In this document: piece after piece, positions 21,623 through 31,958 of the stretch
Numbering within the stretch: the first letter of the stretch is position 1
Layout: every line of letters starts with the position of its first letter
Assembly (NCBI GenBank): GCA_937930175.1
Contig: CALGLP010000009.1
Location: 549 to 64,548 of the forward strand
Source: an uncultured bacterium
GTDB taxonomy: Bacteria; Omnitrophota; Gorgyraeia; Zapsychrales; Aceulaceae
DNA: 64,000 bases
Reading direction: 5' to 3'
The notes under the pieces: generated by a model
What the model saw: only the letters and a program-made list of their open reading frames with translations
What the model was told of the DNA's origin: nothing
Databases searched by the model: none
Translations under genes and position numbers: made by a program

Positions 21623-23209
21623 CTAGACTTTGATTAATTTAACAAAAACAATATCCGGCGTTTGCTCAAGCTCTCTGATCACGGCTTCGGGAACTTCATT
21701 ATCAACATTCACAACGCTCGTCACAAGCCCACCCTTAACCTCGCGGCCAAAAGTAATGCTTGCGATATTCACCTTATTCTTTCCCAAAATTGTACCCACT
21801 GCGCCCACAATACCTGGACGATCATTATTGTTAATATAAAGCATATACCCTTGCGGAACAGCTTCAACATAAACATTGTTAACCTTGACGATACGCGGTT
21901 GCTGATTACTTGACAAAGTCCCATAAAGCGTAAAAGGACTCTTATCGGTAACGATGTCAATACGGACAAGATTAACAAATTCTTGTTTTTCGTTGGATTT
22001 AATTTCTTCAATCTTGATCACACGCTCTTTGGCTACGTCCAAGGCATTGACAAGATTAACGCTCTCGCCTAGAACTGGCTTAAGGATCCCATACACCAGG
22101 GCCATCGATACCGAGGCCGTTTTATGATCGCAGAGAATACCACTATAGGCAATCTTGATCTCCTTGATACGTCCATCGATCAACTGCCCTGCAAATTTGC
22201 CCATACGCTCCGAAAGCTCAATATAAGGTTCTAAGATTTTATATGTTTCCGCATCAATCGACGGGAAATTGGTGGCATTGACAATGCCATGGCCTAAAAG
22301 CGCATTACGCACGGTCTCGGCAATTTCAATAGCGACATTGACTTGCGCCTCTGAGGTCGATGCCCCCAAATGCGGCGAAGCAACACAATTATCAAATTTA
22401 AAAAGCGGTGAATTAAAATCAGGCGGCTCTTTTTCATAGACATCCAAGGCGCACCCTTTAATACGTCCTGTTTCAAGGGCCCTAATCAACGCAGCTTCAT
22501 CCACGATGCCGCCGCGGGCACAATTGATGATGCGGACATCCTTTTTCATCATTTCAATTTCCTTGTCCGAAATAAAACTCTTGGTCTCCGTGCTCTTGGG
22601 CACATGGATCGTGATATAATCTGCGCGCTTTAAAAGCTCCTCTTTGTCAACCAATTCCGCACCCAACTGTTTAGCAAGCTCCACGGCAATAAAAGGGTCA
22701 TAGCCAATAATTTTCATACCAAAGGCCTTGGCCATACGTGCCACGGTAGCACCAATGCGCCCCAAGCCAACGACACCCAAGGTTTTTCCATAAAGCTCAA
22801 CACCGGTGAATTTTGAACGCTCCCATTTGCCAGCCTTGAGGGACGCACAGGCTTGAGGAATGTTGCGCGACAACGCCAAGATCAAGCTCATGGTTTGCTC
22901 CGCTGTTGAAGTGGTGTTGCCGCCGGGAGTATTCATCACCACGATGCCTTTTTTCGTCGCCGCCTTCAAGTCAACATTATCAACACCCACGCCAGCTCGC
23001 CCAATAAATTTAAGCTGCGCGGCGGCTTCAATAATTTCCGCGGTGACCTTTGTTTCACTACGAATAATCAAAGCCGCATAATCCTTGATGACACTCTTAA
23101 GCTCCTCAGGGCTCATACCGACTTTGTGATCGACCTGAAACTCTTTGACAGCTTTTAAAATTTCTAGACCTTCGGTCGATAATTTATCACTTACCAAAAT
23201 CTTAATCAT
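21623..23209 (-). CDS. serA: D-3-phosphoglycerate dehydrogenase (full length with ASB/ACT domains)
   Basis: Starts at the ATG at 23207-23209 (MIKILVSDKLS...). The NAD motif GVVGLGRIGATVA and the C-terminal ASB and ACT regions give ~527 aa. Confidence 0.9.
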   Translation of the reverse strand: MIKILVSDKLSTEGLEILKAVKEFQVDHKVGMSPEELKSVIKDYAALIIRSETKVTAEIIEAAAQLKFIGRAGVGVDNVDLKAATKKGIVVMNTPGGNTTSTAEQTMSLILALSRNIPQACASLKAGKWERSKFTGVELYGKTLGVVGLGRIGATVARMAKAFGMKIIGYDPFIAVELAKQLGAELVDKEELLKRADYITIHVPKSTETKSFISDKEIEMMKKDVRIINCARGGIVDEAALIRALETGRIKGCALDVYEKEPPDFNSPLFKFDNCVASPHLGASTSEAQVNVAIEIAETVRNALLGHGIVNATNFPSIDAETYKILEPYIELSERMGKFAGQLIDGRIKEIKIAYSGILCDHKTASVSMALVYGILKPVLGESVNLVNALDVAKERVIKIEEIKSNEKQEFVNLVRIDIVTDKSPFTLYGTLSSNQQPRIVKVNNVYVEAVPQGYMLYINNNDRPGIVGAVGTILGKNKVNIASITFGREVKGGLVTSVVNVDNEVPEAVIRELEQTPDIVFVKLIKV

Positions 23210-23228
23210 ATCGCGTTCCTCGTTATTC

Positions 23229-24368
23229 TTAACTGTTAAACACTTTTTGAGCCGCAGACACACCGGCACCAAGTTCAAATTGATGTCCCATTTGATGCAA
23301 AACTTTCTCAATGGACGCAATGCCTGTTAAAATATCATACTCATCCACAGCGCCCATATGCGCAATGCGGATTACCTTTCCTTTAAGCTCACCCTGACCT
23401 CCGGCTATGGTAATCCCGTGAACATCACGAAGCGTTTTTACAAGTTTCTCCCCGTCAATACTTAGAGGAATATTGATCGCCGTGACCGCGTTTGAAGCGG
23501 AAGCTTCCTCAGCAAAAACGGATAGATTGATCGCCTTGGCTGCGGCACGAACAGCCTTAGCCATTGTGATATAATAAGGCCACATATTTTCAATGCCTTT
23601 GGCATTGACCATCTTCAAGCTCTCATTTAATCCCATCACCAGATTGATGGCTGGCGTAAAAGGTGTATCCGCCTGATCAACTGCCTTTTTCGATTTCTTA
23701 AAACTAAAATAATATTTGGGGCATTTGGATTGTTCCACAAGCTTCATCGCTTTGGGGCTGACGCTCACAAATGAAACACCAGGAGGCAGCATAAGACCTT
23801 TGTGACACGCGGAGCAAACAACATCCACGCCCCACTCATCCGTGCGAAGCTCATCAGGCCCAAGGCCGCTAATCGCATCAACGACCAAAACAGCATTGGT
23901 TTTCTTAACCACATCCGCAATCGCCTTGACATCGGGCATCGTCGCTGTCGATGTTTCGCAAAGAGTAATAAAGACAGCTTTGATATCCTTGTCCGCATCT
24001 AAAAGATCTTTGATCGCTGAAGGCTGAACAGATTTTCCCCACGTCACTTTAATGATCTTGGGATCAGCGCCATAGGCCTTGCAGAGCTCTGCCCAACGCT
24101 CGCCAAATTTACCAGCCTCGACAGTAATGGCTTTATCACCTGAAGAAAGTAAGTTACTCACCGCCGCCTCCATCGCCCCTGTCCCAGAGGACGCAAAAAT
24201 AAAAACATCATTCTGTGTTTTCAAAACTTTCTTGAGGCCTTCAAAGACTTCCTTTAAAACAACTTGAAATTGCGGCGTGCGATGATGGATAATCGGCCGG
24301 CCTAGCACTTCACAAAGTTCTGCAGGGACTTTCGAGGGACCAGGAGATAAAAGCAAATTACGTTTCAT
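23229..24368 (-). CDS. Class V aminotransferase, phosphoserine aminotransferase-like (AGXT family)
   Basis: 379 aa starting MKRNLLLSPGPSKVPAELCEV..., the SPGP start typical of the AGXT/archaeal-type SerC family. A PLP Lys region is present. Adjacent to serA. Confidence 0.8.
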   Translation of the reverse strand: MKRNLLLSPGPSKVPAELCEVLGRPIIHHRTPQFQVVLKEVFEGLKKVLKTQNDVFIFASSGTGAMEAAVSNLLSSGDKAITVEAGKFGERWAELCKAYGADPKIIKVTWGKSVQPSAIKDLLDADKDIKAVFITLCETSTATMPDVKAIADVVKKTNAVLVVDAISGLGPDELRTDEWGVDVVCSACHKGLMLPPGVSFVSVSPKAMKLVEQSKCPKYYFSFKKSKKAVDQADTPFTPAINLVMGLNESLKMVNAKGIENMWPYYITMAKAVRAAAKAINLSVFAEEASASNAVTAINIPLSIDGEKLVKTLRDVHGITIAGGQGELKGKVIRIAHMGAVDEYDILTGIASIEKVLHQMGHQFELGAGVSAAQKVFNS

Positions 24369-24407
24369 GGGAGAGAACTTCCTTTCTTAATTTAAATGCA
24401 GCAATCC

Positions 24408-25019
24408 TTAATTAATTTTATCCGCACTATAAATAACTTCATCAATCAAGCCATATTTCTTGGCTTCTTCCGCGCTCATAAAAAAATCACGATCAGAATC
24501 AACCGTCACCTTTTCGACGGTTTGCCCCGTATGATGGCTGAGAATCTTGATCAAATCTGTTTTCAAGCGATCAATCTCGCGTGCCTGAATAGTAATATCA
24601 CTGGCAGTTCCCTGCACGCCACCCCAGGGTTGATGGATCATGATCCGGGCATAAGGAAGCGCGTAACGCTTGCCCTTTGTTCCCGCGGTCAAAAGCACAG
24701 CCCCCATACTCGCGGCTTGGCCCATGCAATAAGTGCGAATATTCGGCTTCAGGAACTGCATCGTGTCATAAATCGCTAACCCCGCGGTCACAGATCCCCC
24801 CGGCGAATTAACATAAACACTGATATCCTTGGTCGCATCCTCAGACTGCAAAAATAAAAGCTGCGCGATGATCACATTGGCAACGTTATCATCGATCGCG
24901 GTCCCAATAAACACAATGCGTTCCTTCAAAAGACGTGAATAAATATCGTATGCCCGCTCACCGTGGCCTGACTTTTCCACAACAATAGGAACTAAAATTT
25001 GACTATGCTTTTCCATCAT
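24408..25019 (-). CDS. clpP: ATP-dependent Clp protease proteolytic subunit
   Basis: 203 aa with a ClpP core ([13 protein letters not shown], catalytic Ser in GQAASMG, His in MIHQP). Confidence 0.95.
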   Translation of the reverse strand: MMEKHSQILVPIVVEKSGHGERAYDIYSRLLKERIVFIGTAIDDNVANVIIAQLLFLQSEDATKDISVYVNSPGGSVTAGLAIYDTMQFLKPNIRTYCMGQAASMGAVLLTAGTKGKRYALPYARIMIHQPWGGVQGTASDITIQAREIDRLKTDLIKILSHHTGQTVEKVTVDSDRDFFMSAEEAKKYGLIDEVIYSADKIN

Positions 25020-25911
25020 GTTTTGCCTCCTCCCATTGGGCTTCTTTCAACAAAAAGCCAATGACTTTTTGAAAAACATTTTCACCTTGTTCAAGGCTCA
25101 TCTTTTCCTGTTCTGCAATCTTCTCTAAAATAAAATAGGCCTTCACGTCACGCTCGGCGTTTGGCGTCATGGTCTTCACAAACTCTCCCAAGCGCTTTTC
25201 AAGCTCTTCAGGTTTTAGCTTCTGCTCTTCGAGGCGTTTACGGGCATCGTGGGTCAAACGGTCCAAATGACGCTGAATCGTTGTCTTGGGAACAACAAGC
25301 TTGGTATGTTTGACCAAAAATTCAACAATTTGGTTTTCAACGTCAAAACGATTCTGACGATCCTTTTCCAATTCCATCTGACGCTTAAATGACGTTTTTA
25401 ATTCCTCAAGGCTGGCATAACCTAAACCCTTGGCAAATTCATCATCCAAAGTTGCTTCTTTTTCCTTGCCTTGCGCTGTTTTGAAGAAATCAAGGGTTTT
25501 CTGGATTTCCTCGTCAGTAACAGTCGTAGATTTCTTACTGACCTTGATCCCTTTATAATCCTGAACCGTAAATTCAGGCTGAATATCCAAACTCGCCTTA
25601 AAGCTGAGAATGCCTTCTTTGTATTGAACATCAGAAATCTCAGGAAAATCAATCGGCGCTAAACTTTCCTGCGTGATCGCTTCTTGATAAGCCTCAGGGA
25701 TCAAGCTCTCCATCATTTTTTCTTGCGCGAGCTTGCCATGTTCTTTCTCAATAATATGACGCGGCGCCTTGCCAGGTCGAAACCCACGAATCTTGACAGC
25801 CTTGGCAATATCGCTATAAACTTCATCAAGCCTCTTAATAACCCGATCCTTGGGAATTTCAAATTTTATTTCACGTTTGGTCGCATCCACTTTCTTCACT
25901 TCAACTTTCAT
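25003..25911 (-). CDS. tig: Trigger factor, short form lacking the PPIase domain
   Basis: 302 aa. The N-terminal ribosome-binding domain carries the GFRPGKAP signature and a C-terminal arm domain follows. No FKBP GFEDG-type segment. The tig-clpP order is conserved. Confidence 0.8.
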   Translation of the reverse strand: MKVEVKKVDATKREIKFEIPKDRVIKRLDEVYSDIAKAVKIRGFRPGKAPRHIIEKEHGKLAQEKMMESLIPEAYQEAITQESLAPIDFPEISDVQYKEGILSFKASLDIQPEFTVQDYKGIKVSKKSTTVTDEEIQKTLDFFKTAQGKEKEATLDDEFAKGLGYASLEELKTSFKRQMELEKDRQNRFDVENQIVEFLVKHTKLVVPKTTIQRHLDRLTHDARKRLEEQKLKPEELEKRLGEFVKTMTPNAERDVKAYFILEKIAEQEKMSLEQGENVFQKVIGFLLKEAQWEEAKHDGKA

Positions 25912-25940
25912 GACATTATCCTTCCTGACTCTAGGGTGTA

Positions 25941-26663
25941 TTACATTCTAAACTTTTCACCTAAATAAATCTGCCGCGCCTTAGGATCATTGACAAGATC
26001 CTGCGCTGTTCCTGAAATCAAAATCTGCCCATCGGCCACAAGATAGGCGCGATCTGTAATCGAAAGTGTTTCGCGGACATTATGATCCGTTAATAAAATA
26101 CCAAGACCTCGATTTTTTAACTCTTTAATGATTTCCTGCGCTTCCGCCACCACAATCGGATCAATGCCTGAAAAAGGTTCATCAAGCAATAAAAATGATG
26201 GATTCGTCACAAGAGCACGCGTGATCTCAAGTCGTCGCCTCTCCCCACCTGATAGCGTATAAGCTTTACTTTTAGCCAAATGCCCAATATTCAATTCTTC
26301 TAAAAGGTTGCTCAAACGGCGCTTACGCTCACGGGGAGAAATCTGTAAGGTCTCTAAAATCAGCATAATATTTTCTTCCACGGTTAATTTGCGAAAGATC
26401 GATGGCTCTTGAGCCAAGTAACCAATCCCCAAATGGCAACGCTCATGAATAGGCTTGGCCGTAATATCTTCCTGGTCAAAATAAACTTTCCCTTCATCAG
26501 GCTTGATGATGCCAACCGCCATATAAAAGGTTGTGGTCTTACCGGCCCCATTAGGTCCCAAAAGGCCAACGATTTCAGAACGGCCAATCGAAATACTCAA
26601 ATTGCTCACAACCCGACGACCACCATATGTCTTAACAAGATTTTTAGCTTCCAAAAGGTACAT
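25941..26663 (-). CDS. lptB: LPS export ABC transporter ATP-binding protein
   Basis: Start at MYLLEAKNLVKTYGGRRVV.... Walker A (GPNGAGKTT), the signature LSGGERRRLEI and Walker B are present. It lies downstream of lptA. Confidence 0.88.
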   Translation of the reverse strand: MYLLEAKNLVKTYGGRRVVSNLSISIGRSEIVGLLGPNGAGKTTTFYMAVGIIKPDEGKVYFDQEDITAKPIHERCHLGIGYLAQEPSIFRKLTVEENIMLILETLQISPRERKRRLSNLLEELNIGHLAKSKAYTLSGGERRRLEITRALVTNPSFLLLDEPFSGIDPIVVAEAQEIIKELKNRGLGILLTDHNVRETLSITDRAYLVADGQILISGTAQDLVNDPKARQIYLGEKFRM

Positions 26664-27483
26664 TGTTTTTTTTCTCACCCTTGTCATCCATATACAAAAG
26701 TAGTTTTGGACGACCGTAAAGCTTAACTTTCTGTTCTCCCGCAAAATAAACAGCCTTATCAGAAAATGACGTATTTTGGCCCTGCACGATCAACACATTG
26801 CCCGTGCAAATCATTTGCTTGATCTGTTTCTTATCCGCATCAAAAAAAATCTCCATCTTATCGGCCATGATCTTGCGGTCGCCTTGAAGAGCAACCACAT
26901 TATCATTAAAGACTGCAGTTTGCCCAACATAATCTACTTCCATAGGCCCGTCAGAGCTAATCGTCACCATATCTTTCATCGCATCATCTGCCGATGGCAT
27001 GTACTCGACCACAACATCTTTATTAAGCTGAGCCTTGTTTAATCCGGGCTGAGCGGTAACCCCAGTTCCGGTCGCCTTCATATTATCACGCAAGATGGTG
27101 ACATCATCTTGGGTGGTAACCAAATCTTTTTCTTTCTGCCAATCCAAGGTATCCGTTAACATCTTCGTACCAGTTTCCGTCGTTACAACCACATCTTGCT
27201 CCAAGCGCATATCCCCTTGCGCTTTATCAATACGACCTTTCTTAGCTGTAACATTCATATCCTCATCGCCATAGGCATTGGCATCCACATCGCTAATATT
27301 GATCTCATTATCCTGGATCGTAGCCGTTGAGCCTTTCACATCCCACGCTTTATCCCCACCATTGCCATAGCCAACTAAATTAAAACCTTCAAGCTGCTGT
27401 CCTTCCTCTTGCGCAAAAGCCGATGGAAAAGAAAATAATACACCGAAAAGTAAAATAATAAACAAAAAAAGAGTTTTTTTCAT
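26644..27483 (-). CDS. lptA: LptA/OstA-like periplasmic LPS transport protein
   Basis: Start at MKKTLFLFIILLFGVLFSFPSAFA (signal peptide). The beta-jellyroll OstA-like sequence and its position upstream of lptB fit LptA, though it could represent LptC/LptA. Confidence 0.7.
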   Translation of the reverse strand: MKKTLFLFIILLFGVLFSFPSAFAQEEGQQLEGFNLVGYGNGGDKAWDVKGSTATIQDNEINISDVDANAYGDEDMNVTAKKGRIDKAQGDMRLEQDVVVTTETGTKMLTDTLDWQKEKDLVTTQDDVTILRDNMKATGTGVTAQPGLNKAQLNKDVVVEYMPSADDAMKDMVTISSDGPMEVDYVGQTAVFNDNVVALQGDRKIMADKMEIFFDADKKQIKQMICTGNVLIVQGQNTSFSDKAVYFAGEQKVKLYGRPKLLLYMDDKGEKKNNVPFGS

Positions 27484-27510
27484 TTTCCGCGGCCTCACAC
27501 GGTTTAAAAC

Positions 27511-28041
27511 CTAGAGATCTTGGGCAATGGCTTTAAACCATGTCCCCTGGACTTTAAGAATAAGCTCGATTATTTCACGCACCGCGCCATCACCCCCACA
27601 ACGCTTCGTTACCAAATGAACATTCTTTTTGGCTTCGGCCACGGCATTTTTTACCGCAACAGCAAGCCCCACACGTCTTAAGATCTGGCAGTCGGTTAGA
27701 TCATCACCGATAAAACACACATTCTCATCTTTGACATTAAATGCTTTGAGCATCTGTTCATAGGCATCGATCTTCGGATACGCTCCCAAATAAAGCTGAT
27801 CAATATGCAAATAATCCGCGCGAACCTTAACCACCTGCGAATTGCCAGCGGTAATGATCGCCGTCTTAATGCCCGTACGCTTGAGCACCACGATACCATA
27901 ACCATCCTGAACATTAAAACTTTTCATCTCGCGACCCTCACCATCAAAAATAAGATGCCCCTCGGTCAACACGCCATCCACATCCATGGCAAGGACCTTG
28001 ATCTTGTGAATCCGTTTTTTAAGTTTCGGCGTTATCTTCAT
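27511..28041 (-). CDS. kdsC: 3-deoxy-D-manno-octulosonate 8-phosphate phosphatase
   Basis: 176 aa HAD phosphatase with a DVDGVLT motif. Typical KdsC size, within the kds cluster. Confidence 0.9.
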   Translation of the reverse strand: MKITPKLKKRIHKIKVLAMDVDGVLTEGHLIFDGEGREMKSFNVQDGYGIVVLKRTGIKTAIITAGNSQVVKVRADYLHIDQLYLGAYPKIDAYEQMLKAFNVKDENVCFIGDDLTDCQILRRVGLAVAVKNAVAEAKKNVHLVTKRCGGDGAVREIIELILKVQGTWFKAIAQDL

Positions 28042-29001
28042 TTAAACAATCCCTGCTTTCAATAAATCCTGAACATCCAGCAAGCCAACCGATTTTCCAT
28101 GCGCATCCACAACCGGAACCTCATCAATACGCTTTTCTTCCAAAAGGCGTAAGGCCTCAGCCGCCAGATGATCCTGCACGATCGTTGTTGGAGTTTTAGT
28201 CATCACCGTTTTAACTTGGTCATTTAAAAAGGCGGATCCTGATTTCAGATGACGACGCAAATCTCCATCTGTAAAGATCCCTAAAAGTTTTCCTTTCAAG
28301 TCCACAACACACGCAGATCCGCATCGAAACTTGGTAATGGCAAACAAAACATCCTTAACCTTGGCATTCGGCTTAACCTTAGGGTATTGTTGACCCTTAC
28401 GCATAATATCTTCCACTTTAAGAAGAAGGTTGCGCCCCAGTGACCCACCCGGATGGAAAAAAGCAAAATCTTCACGACGAAATCCCTTCGCATCGATCAA
28501 ACACGCCGCTAAGGCATCGCCTAAGACAAGAGTCACCGTGGTTGACGCCATCGGCGCAAGGCCCAAAGGACACCCCTCTTTGACAACCGCTGTATTTAAC
28601 ACAACATCGCAATAACGCCCCAACGCCGAAGAAGGATTTCCTGTCATCGCAATTGACTTGATCCCAATTTTTTTAAGTAGCGGCAACAAGCTTTTTGTTT
28701 CTTCCGTTTCGCCGCTATGTGAAATAAGAATAACAATGTCCGCTTTTGTCACCTGACCCAGATCGCCGTGCAGGGCTTCCGCGGCATGCAGCCAGGTGGA
28801 TGGCGTTCCCGTCGATGACAAAGTGGCTGAAATTTTACGTCCAATCAAACCGGTCTTTCCCATCCCTGAAACAATGACGCGCCCCTGACACTTCGCCATC
28901 AATTTAACGGCTTTGACAAAATCTTGGCCAAGACGCTTTTTAAGTTGCGTCATCGCTTGGATTTCTGCGTCAATCACATTCTTAGCTCGTGTTAAAACCA
29001 T
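28042..29001 (-). CDS. kdsD: Arabinose-5-phosphate isomerase (SIS + tandem CBS)
   Basis: Start at the ATG at 28999-29001 with an AGAGGG Shine-Dalgarno. The SIS domain (VIVSGMGKTG, SHSGET) and two CBS domains are present. Confidence 0.88.
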   Translation of the reverse strand: MVLTRAKNVIDAEIQAMTQLKKRLGQDFVKAVKLMAKCQGRVIVSGMGKTGLIGRKISATLSSTGTPSTWLHAAEALHGDLGQVTKADIVILISHSGETEETKSLLPLLKKIGIKSIAMTGNPSSALGRYCDVVLNTAVVKEGCPLGLAPMASTTVTLVLGDALAACLIDAKGFRREDFAFFHPGGSLGRNLLLKVEDIMRKGQQYPKVKPNAKVKDVLFAITKFRCGSACVVDLKGKLLGIFTDGDLRRHLKSGSAFLNDQVKTVMTKTPTTIVQDHLAAEALRLLEEKRIDEVPVVDAHGKSVGLLDVQDLLKAGIV

Positions 29002-29008
29002 ACGCCCT

Positions 29009-29839
29009 CTATCGGTTCGATGTTTTGACAATTTTATCAATTTGCTTTAGTTCCTTGAGCAGTCCTTTGAGTCGTAAAAGTGGTAACGAATTGGGCCCAT
29101 CCGAAAGTGCCTCTTTGGGATGCGGATGCACCTCTAAAAACAACGCCCCAACGCCGGCGGCAATAGCACAACGCGAGAGAAGTGGAACATAATCACTATT
29201 ACCACCCGAACATTCCCCTTGGCCACCAGGCTGCTGGACGCTATGCGTGGCGTCATAAACGACCGGATATCCTGTTTGTTGCATGATCTCAAGGGATCGA
29301 AAATCACTCACAAGATTGTTATAACCAAACATCACGCCGCGCTCGGTTAGAAGAATTTTCTTGTTTCCCTGCGCTTCAATCTTTTTAATCACCTGCGCGA
29401 TATCCCAGGGCGCTAAAAACTGACCCTTTTTGACATTGACGATCTTTTGCGTTTTGGCAACTTCAACAATGAAATCAGTTTGACGACACAAAAACGCAGG
29501 AATCTGAATAATATCTAAAACTTGCGCCGCAGGAGCGACCTCTGAAATCATATGCACATCGCTTAAGATCGGAACACCAATAGCTTGCTTGATATCCTGG
29601 AGAACCGCCAACCCCTTAACAAGCCCAGGACCGCGAAAGGCATTTAATGACGTACGATTGGCCTTATCATAACTTGCCTTAAAAATAAAAGGGACACCCA
29701 CCTCATCCGCGACTTGTTTTAACGTCTTCGCAAGCCGCAGCGCAAAAGTCCGTCCTTCGATCACGCAAGGACCTGCAATCAAAACAAAGGGATTGCTCCC
29801 GCCAATCTTTATTTTTCCTATCGTAATCGTCTTGTTCAT
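29009..29839 (-). CDS. kdsA: 2-dehydro-3-deoxyphosphooctonate aldolase (KDO8P synthase)
   Basis: 276 aa starting MNKTITIGKIKIGGSNPFVLIAGPCVIE..., with a DAHP/KDO8P synthase fold. Confidence 0.93.
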   Translation of the reverse strand: MNKTITIGKIKIGGSNPFVLIAGPCVIEGRTFALRLAKTLKQVADEVGVPFIFKASYDKANRTSLNAFRGPGLVKGLAVLQDIKQAIGVPILSDVHMISEVAPAAQVLDIIQIPAFLCRQTDFIVEVAKTQKIVNVKKGQFLAPWDIAQVIKKIEAQGNKKILLTERGVMFGYNNLVSDFRSLEIMQQTGYPVVYDATHSVQQPGGQGECSGGNSDYVPLLSRCAIAAGVGALFLEVHPHPKEALSDGPNSLPLLRLKGLLKELKQIDKIVKTSNR

Positions 29840-30576
29840 TTTTTTAGCTTTCGTAAGAATATTTTGACCTTCTCAAGATCTTCGGCAGTGTCCACGCTCA
29901 TTGTTTCCTTGTCGGTTTCAATAACCCTGATCTTGTACCCTGCCTCAAGGACCCGAAGCTGTTCAAGTTTTTCTGTTTCTTCCAGGATGGACTTGGGCAA
30001 TTTATTAAAACTCATCAAGAAACTTTTCTGGTAGGCATAGATCCCCAAATGCTTATAATAAACACGGCTTCCGAAAGAAACTGCATCACGATTAAACGGG
30101 ATGACTGAACGCGAAAAATAAAGCGCGTAACCTTTTCGGTCAACAACAACCTTCACCACATTGGGATTAATTAAATCTTCTTCTTCCTCAATGCGCTTGA
30201 TGATCGTTGCCACCGATGCTTGCTTTTCTTTCCACAAGGTCGTTATCAATCCATCGATCATGCCTGGATCGATCAGGGGTTCATCCCCTTGAATATTAAT
30301 GATATACGCGGCACTCAAATCCTTGACCGCCTCAATAATGCGATCGGATCCTGACGAGCATTCAGGGCTTGTCATCAAAACCTTGGCGCCAAATCCTTCA
30401 CAGGCAAGTTTTACTCGCTCATCATCGGTTGCCACAAAAAGCCCATCGAGATGCTTGGCTTTCGCCGCACGCTCCCAAACATGCTGGATCAATGGCTTAC
30501 CCAAAAGATCCGCTAAAACCTTTGCCTTGAATCGAGTGGATCCGTATCGCGCAGGAATAACGCCAATAGCCTTCAT
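29836..30576 (-). CDS. kdsB: 3-deoxy-manno-octulosonate cytidylyltransferase (CMP-KDO synthetase)
   Basis: 246 aa starting MKAIGVIPARYGSTRFKAK, with an IQGDEP motif. Confidence 0.93.
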   Translation of the reverse strand: MKAIGVIPARYGSTRFKAKVLADLLGKPLIQHVWERAAKAKHLDGLFVATDDERVKLACEGFGAKVLMTSPECSSGSDRIIEAVKDLSAAYIINIQGDEPLIDPGMIDGLITTLWKEKQASVATIIKRIEEEEDLINPNVVKVVVDRKGYALYFSRSVIPFNRDAVSFGSRVYYKHLGIYAYQKSFLMSFNKLPKSILEETEKLEQLRVLEAGYKIRVIETDKETMSVDTAEDLEKVKIFLRKLKK

Positions 30577-31604
30577 GATTCCCGGCCCTCCATAGCTTGC
30601 AAAATATCCTGAGGCGTCACAGTTACAGCACCTGTCTTAGCGACCACCACACCAGCGGCAGAATTAGCCAGCATCGCGGCCTCGCGTTTTGTAGCGCCAG
30701 CCATCAAGCTTAGCGTAAAAACAGAAATCACCGTATCGCCGGCACCAGTCACATCAAATACTTCCCGCGCCTGGGTTGGGATCAAAAAGGGGTCTTGATT
30801 TTTTTCAAATAGATACATCCCGTGCTCGCCTAATGTGATCAGAAGTGATTCAAGACTAAGATAATGAAGAATAGCATCGCCCGCCACACGAACATCTTTC
30901 AAGGTCTTTAATTTATCATTTTTTATTTTGAGCTGACGACCTTTATCGTGGGTGATGATAATATTACGAATTGCGTTTTCCATTTCTTTACGATTAGGCG
31001 TAATACAGGTGGCCTTGGTATAATAATTGAAATGTTCTACCTTGGGATCAACGGTGATGATCTTTTTTTGCTGACGGGCTAGCGCACAAACACGGCGAAC
31101 AAGCTCCTTGGTGATCACACCTTTGCCATAATCAGAAAGAATGATACCATCCGCCTTTTTGATATGGGTCTCAATAAAACGAAGGATTTTGGCCTGCATA
31201 TCGTCGGACACAAGGCTATTTTCTTCCCGGTCCACGCGCACCACTTGTTGATGTTGGGCAATGATACGCGTCTTTAGCGATGTCACCGACTGAGGAGAGG
31301 AAAAAAGCCCTGAACTATCAACCCTGCGCTTATTTAATGCTCGTTTTAGGATTTTTTCTTCACGGTCGCGGCCGACCTTGCCAACTAAGAAGACTTTAGC
31401 GCCTAGGGCACTTAAATTATTGGCAACGTTAGCGGCTCCACCCAGAGTAAAGCGGGACTCACCTTCTTGAAGCACAACCGGCACAGGGGCTTCTGGAGAG
31501 ATACGATCAACCGACCCTTGGATATATTGATCCAAGATCACGTCACCAACAACCAACACTCTTTTCCCGTGAAAACAAGAAATGATCTTTATAAAATTAG
31601 TCAT
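30573..31604 (-). CDS. hldA: D-glycero-beta-D-manno-heptose-7-phosphate kinase (HldE domain I / RfaE1, PfkB family)
   Basis: 343 aa. VLVVGDVILDQYIQGSVDRISPEAPVPVV...GGAANVANNLSALGAKV aligns with the E. coli HldE N-terminal kinase domain. A DVTGAGDT motif is present. Confidence 0.85.
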   Translation of the reverse strand: MTNFIKIISCFHGKRVLVVGDVILDQYIQGSVDRISPEAPVPVVLQEGESRFTLGGAANVANNLSALGAKVFLVGKVGRDREEKILKRALNKRRVDSSGLFSSPQSVTSLKTRIIAQHQQVVRVDREENSLVSDDMQAKILRFIETHIKKADGIILSDYGKGVITKELVRRVCALARQQKKIITVDPKVEHFNYYTKATCITPNRKEMENAIRNIIITHDKGRQLKIKNDKLKTLKDVRVAGDAILHYLSLESLLITLGEHGMYLFEKNQDPFLIPTQAREVFDVTGAGDTVISVFTLSLMAGATKREAAMLANSAAGVVVAKTGAVTVTPQDILQAMEGRES

Positions 31605-31958
31605 AGAAAGGTTAAAAAATAATACTATTATTGATGACAGAAGGAGTTAGGAGCCAACATAGGACCCAACCAAAGAGCCGATTTTAGCATAGTTTTAAAA
31701 TGCCGTCAAATGGTTTACAGGGACGCTTTGCTTCTAGGACATATTCTATTCCCCCTAAACAGATTTAATTTATAAAGAATGTCTTCTAGCAAAAAACAAG
31801 GCATTTTCTATTCGAACATGATTAACTGCATACTTTAGACAGCAGATGGACAATTCGCCAGAATATGCTATCCTTTTGTTATTGGAGAGGGGGTGTTTAT
31901 CACCATCCGCGGAAGCGTTTTTGTAGACTTCTTGCTTTTTATTGAAAGGACAAAATTG

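Noticed and set aside
31605-31958. tRNA, ncRNA or CRISPR in the largest intergenic regions (31605-31958, 36210-36495, 55748-55949)
   Set aside because: No cloverleaf-compatible segments (no GGTTCGANTCC-type T-loop), no spaced direct-repeat arrays, and no obvious riboswitch consensus were seen. These regions are best explained as divergent or convergent promoter and terminator space. A candidate -35/-10 for the peptidase (TGGACA-N16-TATCCT, ~31850-31877) is too weak to call.
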